From the NCBI RefSeq assembly GCF_964204645.1, contig NC_134035.1, positions 2,790,001-2,854,000 on the forward strand: DNA of 64,000 nt. Direction: 5' to 3'. The notes beneath the pieces are model-generated. The model saw only the letters and a list, made by a program, of their open reading frames with translations. It was not told where the DNA came from and did no database searches. Positions 13,965 through 24,160 of this stretch are shown here, one piece after another. Source of the stretch: Tubulanus polymorphus (lineage: Eukaryota > Animalia > Nemertea). Numbering within the stretch: the stretch's first letter is position 1; each line of letters begins with the position of its first letter. The position numbers were made by a program, and so were the translations under genes.

Positions 13965-14506
13965 TAGGAACAAATCTTTAGTGTAAAACATATAAAACTA
14001 TTGAAGCCATGAGATTTAATGTAGAAATCTGACGTTTTTTAACTACAGAAAAATTTATTCTCGTGTAATCGATAAAACAATAGGCTCTCAATATGTGATC
14101 AACATTCCCAAACTTCCACGTTATTTTTCGCAGAAAATGATTTTCTTTTCTTTTTTGATCACGGGTCCCTTAATTCGCTCGAGTCATATGTTGGGTGATT
14201 TTTTTTTTGGTCACGCCACCGGGTGCCTTCCTTCAGCAAAACCTACATTCTTTACAATGTAGAACTTGGAAACAAATTTCTTGTGTAAAACATAACTGTG
14301 AAAGCCATTCGTAGAAGATATCTGACGATACAGAAAGATTTATTCTCGTATGAAAGATAAAACAAACAAGGCTTTCAATTGTAATCAATACTCTCAAAGC
14401 ATGTTTTTTTCGCAAAAAGGAATTCCTTTTCTATACATGTATTTGATCACGGCGAATCTTCGCTCGAATAGATCTTCGACATTTTGGGTGATTTTCTTTG
14501 GCCACG
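13965..14506. repeat. Diverged tandem duplication, ~295-bp unit x2
   Basis: Collinear blocks aagccat, atctgacg, tacagaaa.atttattctcgt, gataaaacaa, ttgatcacgg, ttcgctcga, ttgggtgattttt in 13965-14215 and 14270-14506. Confidence 0.8.
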
Positions 14507-15258
14507 GACCATACCGAACACGTGCCCCCGCAAAACCTATGTTTTTTTTACAACGCAGCATTCTATATAAGTTGCCGAAAGGGCACTCGCCTCTATTTAA
14601 ATCAATAAAACTCTGGCTGTGCGCTTCACCAAGTTTCGACTTTGACATATTATTTCGGAATTTATATCATTATATTCATGCTGCATTTCGCCTGGAAATA
14701 TGGAAACCCGACACCGCACCTTCGGCATCGCCATCGACAATCTGTATGAATTGTTAATTAAGCGGATAAAAGCGTTCGACTTCGACGACAGACGCCCGAA
14801 ACAAAAATCAAAAATATAAAGACGGCGAACCGACGAAATCTGATAAGACAATCGGCGAGTTCATCAGTAAAATCGACCGTCGTATCCGACTTTTGACGAC
14901 ACTGGTAACGATAGAACGCATTCCGTCTTCGATAGATCGGAACTGCGGGCGCTTTTTTTCCTAATGCGTTCCGTTTTATCGCTAATTTCGACGCATTGAT
15001 TTCGCGCATAATAACACGACTGATTTACGGAGAAAAAGCTTCGTCGTCGTATATCGCCATCAGCGTTGGAACTACGGTTGTTTAAAACGTGCGTCCTCTC
15101 TATAATAAGGGGCTCGTGTTTGTAAATAAGCCCGCGGCTGCTTTCGACAATTTCAAGATATGTTTTTGTGTGTATATAATGATTTAGAAGACGTTGTAAG
15201 AACTTAAAGCATATAAATATATGCATTCACCCTAGGTATAATAAGAAGTTAAGAACTT

Positions 15259-15398
15259 GGGGCCGGTTGCATAGTCATGACTTAGATTTAAGACCAGCTT
15301 AAGACCAACTTAGTTCTATAGCCAATCTAACAACTTAAGACCAGTTTTAACATTTAAGACCACTTTTGGACTTAAGTCACGACTGTGCAACTGGCCCC
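15259..15398. mobile_element. MITE family A (TIR GGGGCCRGTTGCAYAGTC; PIF/Harbinger-like)
   Basis: ggggccggttgcatagtcatgactta ... taagtcacgactgtgcaactggcccc. Relatives at 15676-15981, ~27135-27201, ~37141-37366, ~53835-54020. Confidence 0.8.
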
Positions 15399-15675
15399 TG
15401 AAGTATAGGCTTTATACATTCCCCGAGATATCAGAATTTCAGTAAAAAAATCCAATTCTTATCATTCCGATCATTTCTATTTTATTTTCTATACGAAAAG
15501 CTTTTCGAGAGTATCGTTTTAAGAGGACAACGTAATCAAAAATTTTTAAAACCTCCATCCTATTTCATTTTAAACCTCTGACTGTCGGAAGTTTTCTTAC
15601 GCCTTTTTGTTGTTCGCATTTAATTGCCGCTTTGTGCCGAAAATAGACTGCGAAACAATACAACGATCTGATTCG

Positions 15676-15981
15676 GGGACCGGTTGCACAGACACGGCTT
15701 TCATTTAGATCAGTCTTAGGCTATATCTAAGTTCTATGGCCAATCTAACAACTAACTAAGCTCATTTTGGGTTCTATAGCCAATCTAACAACCTAAGACC
15801 AGTCTAAGCTCATTGTGGTTCTACAGCCAATCTAACATCTGAAGACCAGGCTAAGCTCATTTTAGTTCTATAGCCAATCTAACAACCTAAGACCAGTCTA
15901 ATCACATTTTGGGTTCTGTAACCAATCTATCAACTGAAGACCAGTCTCAAGATTCAAGACCACACATTTACAACTGGTCCC
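15676..15981. mobile_element. MITE family A copy with an internal ~47-bp tandem array (5 units)
   Basis: TIR ggggaccggttgcacag / caactggtccc. Internal gttctatagccaatctaacaacctaagaccagtctaagctcatttt repeats. Confidence 0.8.
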
Positions 15982-17796
15982 AGCAGATCTTTATACCGTT
16001 AAGAATGCTGCGAGATTTCTTTCACCAAAATCGTTAAATTTGGTTTCGTTAACTTTCATTCGTATATCAACATGTCATATTTTGCTTAACACACCCTCGT
16101 TAAAGGATCGAATCACGTGGTGTATAGAGGCTGATTTAAACGTTGAAGTTAAGGGTTTGAAAAGCCATCGAACGAAAGCACCGACGAAACCTGATCCGCG
16201 CGAGACCTTACGACGAAAATTCTATGATGTAATGGTACTTTATATTTACGAGATTCGACTCATGTTTCCCACTCGATTTTGATCTTTAACGCCCGTTTAG
16301 ACTTCGCAGCGGAATTGACGTTGTATGCCAGTCGTCGACAGAGTAGTATCGATAAGAGAGGTTTAATAGATCCGTACCGGAACACAATGCGTAATGCACT
16401 GTATATTAAGTATTCGAGCGATATTTTTCAAATAACACATCATTCGCTTTTCAGCTTAAACGATACATCATAGTGGAGTAATGCGCTCACAAATTGGTTT
16501 AAGCGTTGACCATCGAATTACCGCGATGACGAATTGAGAAAAAAACTGCATCGTTACGATGGCTGGCTAAGTCTAACAAACCCCCGAACAACATTCTGTA
16601 TTCGACATTTCGATCCCCAAGCCACACTTCTTAAATTAAATTGATAAGTTATGTCGGGGGTCTACGCCTTTCTTTGGCTTCTTCGCTGACTGAGAAGCCG
16701 AATCCGGAGACTAAGAGTGGAGCTAATCGACACTGAGCTCACGTTATACGCGGCATATTCAAAACAAGCATTCGTTTTGAGTGGATAAGTGAAAACACAC
16801 ATTAAGCCCATGTCAGTGTCATCTCAACGACATCGCTGCCTACCGTAACGTCTGCAGTGAACTTATTTAAATCAGATAGAACGAACAGGTGCGCGTGTTG
16901 ACGGTTATGCAAATTAGGTAGCGGGGTCGTGTTTTTTTCATATCTCGTTCAGTCACATTGGCCGGGACAAGTCAATGTGAAACCAACAGATATAGTCGAA
17001 ATCAGAATGCATACGTGCTCATAGTGCGTTCATACCTCTATATCGCGCATAAGTTTTCTTTACAAAAAGTTCTATATTTCTATGCACTTTATCTTACTTT
17101 TTGATCTACTTAATTTTGATTGAACATATATTGGTTTTACTCATTAACTCTAAAATGCTGAGATTGATATTGGTCTAAATCAGTCACATGAATAGATCGT
17201 TGAATATTGACATATGTGTGAGTACAGAGTTTTCGGAGATCATGTGAAAAGCCTCATAATTCTACCAAAAATACACAAATTACTTATAATTTCTAGTTTG
17301 CATTTATGATTCGTTAAAAAAGTTGCTATTTACGATGATGATATGTTTTGATCAACAAGATCCGTCGTAAGTAGATACGCGATAATGAACAGGCCCGAGC
17401 TTTACGACGTGCTAACTGACAATTATCGGGGTCATAACAGTTTCATATTGAACTCAGCGGGGTATTAATTAGCCCCAGGCGCGATAAATAACTTGAGATA
17501 AATAACTTAAAGATTCTCATTGCGTTCTTCAAATATGAAATCAATTTTACCAAGGACAGATCTTTCTTCATACATAACAAATAGTTCATAGAAGTTATTA
17601 CGTATACCTTATCGTTTTGAGAGCCTGTGGATGTATATAAGCATTTTTGGTAACGGTTTTGAATAGTAAGGCGTCTATCGACGACCCGGCTACGATGTCA
17701 TAATAATAATAATATACACCACTCTTAATCAACACGGTTATTCAACAGCAGATACGCGCTCATTAACACATTTTCGGGCAGGGCGTGGAGCTGCGG

Positions 17797-17870
17797 TATA
17801 AATAACCCCTCAGCTTGATTCGAATTTATCATTCGCCGCACAGTGTTCTACGACCACGAAGGTTAGTCAG
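17797..17870 (+). promoter_or_regulatory. Putative core promoter and non-coding first exon of the DH31 gene
   Basis: TATAAATA 17797-17804, Inr-like TCATTC 17829-17834, then two strong donors (AAG|GTTAGT 17862, CAG|GTATGT 17871). Further candidate 5'UTR exon 18823-18902, and an acceptor at 19111-19112 upstream of the ATG. Confidence 0.6.
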
Positions 17871-18217
17871 GTATGTCGGGGGTATTTTTGTGAAAAGTAA
17901 ATTTACACAACGTCGCTTGTTGTTTGGGCGAAGGATAATTTTATAAGAACACGATGAAATATATAGATGGCTTTCACGCCATTTTTTAAGGTTGGTCGTT
18001 ACATTTTTATTTTTGATAATCCGAATACTCTTAACTAATCAAAACATTCTTGATCTAAATATCTTTCTAAATGATCTTTTACTCAAATCACTGTTATCAT
18101 TATCAATTACATCATTATCAATTATATAGTATTATTATCATTATCATTTTGCTACATTATCAGAGCTGCCTGCTGTTCCTGATTTTCAGTATTAGCGATT
18201 GATTTGTGTGATGCGTG

Positions 18218-18665
18218 CAGAAATATGAAAGATGTTACTGAGGGTCTTACTGTTGATTACTGATTAATTTGTACAGAAATATGAAAGATGTTACTGAGGG
18301 TCTTACTGTTGATTACTGATTAATTTGAACAGAAATATGAAAGATGTTACTGAGGGTCTTACTGTTGATTACTGGTTAATTTGTACAGAAATATGAAAGA
18401 TGTTACTGAGGGTCTTACTGTTGATTACTGGTTAATTTGTACAGAAATATGAAAGATGTTACTGAGGGTCTTACTGTTGATTACTGGTTAATTTGAACAG
18501 AAATATGAAAGATGTTACCGAGTGTCTTACTGTTGATTACTGATCAATTAGAACAGAAATATGAAAGATGTTACGGAGGGTCTTACTGTTGATTACTGAT
18601 AATTTGAACAGAAGTATGAAAGATGTTACTGAGGGCTTTACCATTGATTACTGATTAATATGAAC
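18218..18665. repeat. 56-bp minisatellite, 8 copies, in the DH31 5'UTR intron
   Basis: Unit cagaaatatgaaagatgttactgagggtcttactgttgattactgattaatttgta, starting at 18218, 18274, 18330, 18386, 18442, 18498, 18554, 18609. Confidence 0.97.
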
Positions 18666-19179
18666 ATTTTCTTTCATATTTCAATGAAACGTTATTGAAA
18701 AAATTCAATTTATTGCTGATAGTACTTTACAAAGGTTGGCGGCCCTGCGTTTGTATTATACCTAGTTATAGTAGTTAAGATGAGGATACTCAATTTTCTA
18801 TCGCTTAGATGTTCGTTTTCAGAGAGTTCTAGAAAGTTCGTTTTTATCTGACAAATTAAGCTACAGTGTTGAGACGCAGTACTCACTGGGAGGCTTTACT
18901 CGGTAAAGCTTTCCATATCGGCAAATTTTAATAAATCGCTTCAGAAAAAAATCTCTACTACCCTCATTCGTAACTCAGGATAATATTTACAATTTCAACG
19001 CTATCGAGTACGGTGGAGTTGTATATTTACTTGAGTATTCATTCCACAAATGATAACTAACAGATTTTTATACGTGATTAACATGTACACGAGTATGCTT
19101 GTTTATTTTCAGACCTAAATTCGCAGCAAATTCAATTACATACGCGAGACAAACCGACTCAAAAAACCAAACAACAATC

Positions 19180-20706
19180 ATGAAACAGTTAATAAGCGTA
19201 TGTTTTCTCGCCCTGGTTATACCGACGTTAGTTTTCACAGCCCCTGCAGATTCAGCTCAGAAAAAAAGGTTAGTGAGAATTCGTTGTACATGTCGCCAGA
19301 TAGTAGCTCTTCGAAATTATCTGTTTGAGAAAAAGATGTATGTTACATAAATCGACAGAGCGTCTCGTAATCTATGAATGAATTTTTTATGGGTCGAGAT
19401 ATGTCATGCATACTCATCTTATCATCGTGTCATAATATTGACGGTGGGACGGGGAAATGAGTTGGTCACGTTAACTACTCTTAAATCCACGGCACTCGCG
19501 GTCGGCAAACACGGCATACATGACCAGGAATATGCATGGAATATCCTAGGAGTCCTCACATTTCTAATTTCTGATAAAAAACCACCCCCGAGAAATAGCA
19601 TTTTAAGAATCTTAGTGACGTTATTGTGTTTCAGCGATTTCTACCCGTCTCGTTGGTGGGTATTTTCTGCTAGAAAAGTTATGCTTTCTTCGCTAGTTTC
19701 AAAGAAATGTTAACTGATTTCTAAGCTAATTTGCTTTAAAGATAGCGTATAGTATAGAATTGATGGCAGTGAAATCTGGTTTGAACCGGTCAAACATTCG
19801 TAATTCGGGCTTTTACTTCATCAGATCCTACAAATTAATATGTGAGCTAATTCATACTGATGAATACCATAGGTTAGCTAGTCTCAACCATTAATTTATC
19901 ACTAAATCTGCTTTAAAACTAACCTTCAAGAAGTCACTTGATTATTCATTTTTTAAGTGTTTTTCTAAGAAATGCGCATTTTTTTGTTTTTCTTAAAATG
20001 TACTTATGAAAACTGCATAAATCCTTGTATTTTTCTGCTGTGAGCAATCGTATTTTCTTAACGCAATTAACATCTCGATTCTAATTCTAATGCGAATATT
20101 TCCTAATTTCTGAAATGATTGCAGATCGGCTGTACGACTCTCTAATCCAGCATTGACCGCCGCTGTGTTACGGGAACTGATGGAGTATATAGTTGACACG
20201 CACGGATTAGACAAGTAAGATATACGCTGAAGAACACCATCAGATTTCGGCGAGGCTTCGATCTAACAATGCGGTTTTCTACTCTTTTTTTCCAGGGCAA
20301 AACGTGATTTCGACGGTGGGTACGGTTCAAGATTCGCGTCCGCCTCAAATTACGGAAATAAACTTATGGGTGAGTGGCGCAAACATACACCTCTTGATCC
20401 GGAATACTTCAGAGGTTATCTGCTAATTCGCTGGCCTAAATTTCCGAAATCGAGAATGATTCGGTTCGTCGTGTCTAGGTCGATATGAAAGACTGAAATT
20501 TCCGTACAAGTTTTGTTTAAAATCTAGCGAAAATCTAGAAAAGATCTAAATCTATTTCAAGTAGAATTTATAATTAGAGAAAAGCAACGATGATTACGAA
20601 CGAAATAACCGGAATGATCGTTTTATTCTTATTTTCAATTTTAGCCCTTCAAGCGGCAACCGACTGGCAAGGTCCGGGACGAAAAAGACGAGGCGCTCAG
20701 TCATAG
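19180..20706 (+). CDS. Dh31: DH31-type (calcitonin-family) neuropeptide precursor, 104 aa, 4 coding exons
   Basis: Exons 19180-19268, 20125-20214, 20296-20369, 20645-20706. All introns GT-AG with matching phases (2,2,1); total 315 nt. Protein: MKQLISVCFLALVIPTLVFTAPADSAQKKR-SAVRLSNPALTAAVLRELMEYIVDTHGLDKAKR-DFDGGYGSRFASASNYGNKLMALQAATDWQGP-GRKRR-GAQS*. It has a signal peptide, dibasic sites and a 32-aa Cys-free peptide ending GP + GRKRR amidation signal, typical of DH31. Confidence 0.92.
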
Positions 20707-21333
20707 GAACCCACCCAGTCCATCCCCGCGGACCTAGCAGACGAACTAACCGGAGTTGGTCTATACCATCATTTCACCGCTCGCACCATCTATTACTGAT
20801 ATTTCAAACAAACAAAAATCGATTCGTTTAATTTACCTAAAAAGGTTTGTTTTACGATGTTAGCACTATTTGATTATATGAATATATTCGACCTTGCATT
20901 CAAAGCCCATATGCAAGCAAAATATACGAAATATGTTGGATAGTAGAAAAAAAGGATCAACTATGTTATTATGCAAGACTAGAACACTAAATATGATAAC
21001 AATATGTCAGCGAGATGTAACACTGACGAACTGGATTTCCTATAACAAAATAAACTTACGTATCAATTTCTTTCTTCGATTGCTTCGAAAACTCTGGAAA
21101 TGCGAATCAATTCGTTTATACACATATATAGGGGCCTACTTTATAAGCGCACAAACGGAAAATTAACCTTTTTGGCATTTCGTACAGATCTAAATTAATG
21201 GTGAATTTCCCCTATGTAATTGTGTCGTGAAAATGTGTGGCCAAAAAAGAACGTTGTTAAAAAAGATCTTATATAATTAAAACTGTGTACGCTCTGATTC
21301 AAATCGGGTTTTATCTGAGATGTCTTGACGAAT

Positions 21334-21339
21334 AATAAA
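21334..21339 (+). terminator. Candidate polyadenylation signal of the DH31 gene
   Basis: AATAAA about 630 nt after the stop, followed by GT-rich sequence (tgtttggttgttgc). Confidence 0.5.
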
Positions 21340-21738
21340 ATACATATCTAAAAATGTTTGGTTGTTGCAAATTCTAAGCGTTGTAAAAATTATTTCGGAT
21401 TCTAGATGTGAAAATTGATTTCAACTTACATCAATACGTTATGGATCCTTTATCAATGCACTCCTACCGCCGAACAACCAAGGTCTGACCCGGTATCGGG
21501 TGACGCTTTGGTTTCATATTCATGATACGGTCAATGGAGATCTGTGTCAATGTGAAATGAATAGGGGAGTTCTTAGAGTCCGTGATGGAACCGATGAATG
21601 CCAAAGAACACGTAGAGCTGTATCCCTCTATTCAGAAAATTGAATTGTGAATCATCAGGTCACTCGACTTCACAGCAGTACAGTTTCTGAATAAATCAGT
21701 CCGATTACTGACTAACCCACCATCCAGTTACTGAACCA

Positions 21739-22360
21739 AACCACAGGGTGGATGCCGACTTAACCACAGAGTGGATGCTATCTAAACCACAGGGTGGATG
21801 CCGGCTAAACCAGAGGGTGGATGCCGACTTAACCACAGGGTGGATGCTATCTAAACCACAGGGTGGATGCGGGCTAAACCAGAGGGTGGATGCCGACTTA
21901 ACCAGAGGGTGGATGCTATCTAAACCACAGGGTGGATGCCGGCTAAACCACAGGGTGGATGCTATCTAAACCAGAGGGTGGATGCCGGCTAATTCACAGG
22001 GTGGATGCTATCTAAACCAGAGGGTGGATGCCGGCTAAACCAGAGGGTGGATACTGGCTAAACCAGAGGGTGGATGCCGACTTAACCAGAGGGTGGATGC
22101 TATCTAAACCACAGGGTGGATGCCGGCTAAACCACAGGGTGGATGCTATCTAAACCAGAGGGTGGATGCCGGCTAATTCACAGGGTGGATGCTATCTAAA
22201 CCAGAGGGTGGATGCCGGCTAAACCAGAGGGTGGATACTGGCTAAACCAGAGGGTGGATGCCGACTTAACCACAGTGTGGATGATGACTAAACTGCAGTG
22301 TGGATGCTGTCTTAACCACAGGGCTGATGCTGTCTGAATTGCAGTGTGGATGCTGACTCA
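21739..22360. repeat. 23-bp minisatellite (about 27 units) with a 184-bp higher-order repeat
   Basis: Unit aaccaSagggtggatgc(cgactt/tatcta/cggcta). Rare variants aattcac (21991, 22175) and atactggc (22051, 22235) recur 184 bp apart. Confidence 0.97.
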
Positions 22361-22469
22361 ATCTCAGTCCAGTTACTGACTAGGGGTGCACGACTCCTCA
22401 AACGCCACATTCTCAGTATCTTTTCTGCCGAACAAATAACAAACGACGACAACTCAGTTTATAAAATAC

Positions 22470-22677
22470 TTTAATCAATGCATTTCATCATGATGTACAT
22501 TATTGTCATACAATATAATAATATACTCTGCCTGCTTTTAATACAAACATAAATACCGTTAGGCACTTCAGTAAATATGACAGCATCATCAGTTCGATGG
22601 GTTTTGGAAGTATTTAGGAAACAGGCCGGCAAAAAATTAATGATAATAATATTGTAACAATATCAGGAGTCTTTATT
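22470..22677 (-). terminator. Candidate liprin-beta polyadenylation signals
   Basis: Minus-strand AATAAA (22672-22677) and ATTAAA (22470-22475), the latter followed by a GU-rich tract. Implies a 3'UTR of about 1.5-1.7 kb. Confidence 0.45.
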
Positions 22678-23355
22678 CATGGAAGTACGGTACGTATCAA
22701 CTCAACGCGTTCTTATCTAAATGGAAGGAAAGTTCTTGATTGCGAATGCTCTAATATCCGTTAAGCTAGGTGAGAATCTTAGGCGATAGTTGACAGTACT
22801 TTTACAAATAAAAGATCTTGAAAAAGGGGCGCTATTTGTATACGTCGACAAGCCGAATAGCGGAGGCTCGACACAAAAGGGTTCCTAATCGAGAAATCCT
22901 AAAAATCGAGGTCATATTCGGTGCATTACGACTGACAACTTAAAGCTGATTTGCATTGAAAGTTGCTGCGTATTTTGTCCAACACGGCAAAAACTCGTTA
23001 AATCCGGACACTGCCAACGTTATTTCTGAAAACGTTTTCCTGTTAATAGAGGGAATTTCTTTGCGATAGAATACAACAGTATAAAAGAGAGCTAATTGAG
23101 CAATGTAGTATAGAAAAGCTTCCAACAAAAAAACGATATTCGAATACGGCTCGAAAAACCCCTTAACCGGTTAACTTTTTACAGCGAGTGACTGTTTTTG
23201 CGGTGTTTTCATTAATTTCTTCACACTTAGATCCACGGTTCTCGGCGAAGATTTTACTTTCTATTTGTCCGATTTCGATGAGAAATATGGATCTGGATTC
23301 GAGTTCAGGAGTTATAGTCGCATTTCACGATTAGCCTGATTATCAATTAGATCTA

Positions 23356-23525
23356 CAGCGGAACCTCGTTACAGCGAACTTCACGGGACCAGAAAATCAG
23401 TTCGTTATAACCGATAGTTCGTTATATCCAATATGAAATTAATCAAATTGTCTTAGGACGAAATTCTATATTTGTTATATCCAATAAATCATTGTATCCG
23501 AGTTCGTTATAAGGAGGTTCCACTG
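23356..23525. mobile_element. Tc1/mariner (pogo/Tigger-like) MITE in the liprin-beta 3'UTR
   Basis: TA|cagcggaacctcgtta ... ttataaggaggttccactg, with internal agttcgttata repeats. Degenerate relatives at ~30349-30444 and ~56882-57160. Confidence 0.75.
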
Positions 23526-24160
23526 AATTAATTCGTAGAATCAAAATCTTAACTGACAGCCGTTGGAACCGAGTCCAGGGCATCAATTATCACTATACAC
23601 TGCCCCTAAATATTCATAAACATGATAACATAATATACATATGTATGTATTAAATATATATTACACAAGTTTCAATATACAATCGTAGAAAAGAAATGTT
23701 ATTGCTTTTCTTACGTCACAACTAAACCGTTTATAGTGTATATATTCAAACGCCGGCATCAAACTTGATTATCAACAGTGAAACTCAAAAACGATATCGC
23801 GATCGGCGATCTACAAGTCGTTCATCTAAATTGCATTCGTTCGATTTCAGTCTGATTGCCGCGCCGCAAAAAAAAAAACCCGGCACTGATCATTATCGAC
23901 GTATCTCCTGAAAGCTCTGATTGGTCCTTAACATAAACACAAGTTCAACGCGCGTCTGATTTTCCGCTATTGAAGTGTCACTACCACTGTTAACACCCGC
24001 GCGAAATATTTCCATTTTTATCATAAAATCCACGGATATTCGATCGGTACTCGCCGATCGGACGACGATCTTCCGTCGCTTGTTTATCACAGACGCGACT
24101 TATATTTGAGCGATTCGGACGCGACCACGACACAGACGGACGCACGGCGCACGCGTATCG

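Noticed and set aside
19635-19655. 21-nt microexon in the DH31 gene (tttcag|CGATTTC...TTG|gtgggt)
   Set aside because: Joining it to exon 20125 creates TG+A = stop, and the alternative donor shifts the frame. At most a poison exon, with no support.
7689-20706. GPCR as the cognate receptor of the neighbouring DH31 peptide
   Set aside because: DH31/calcitonin peptides signal through class B (secretin-type) GPCRs with a large Cys-rich ectodomain. This receptor is class A with a short N-terminus, so proximity alone is not evidence.
21748-21969. Repetitive ORF MDADLTT...
   Set aside because: Translation of the 23-bp minisatellite trimer.
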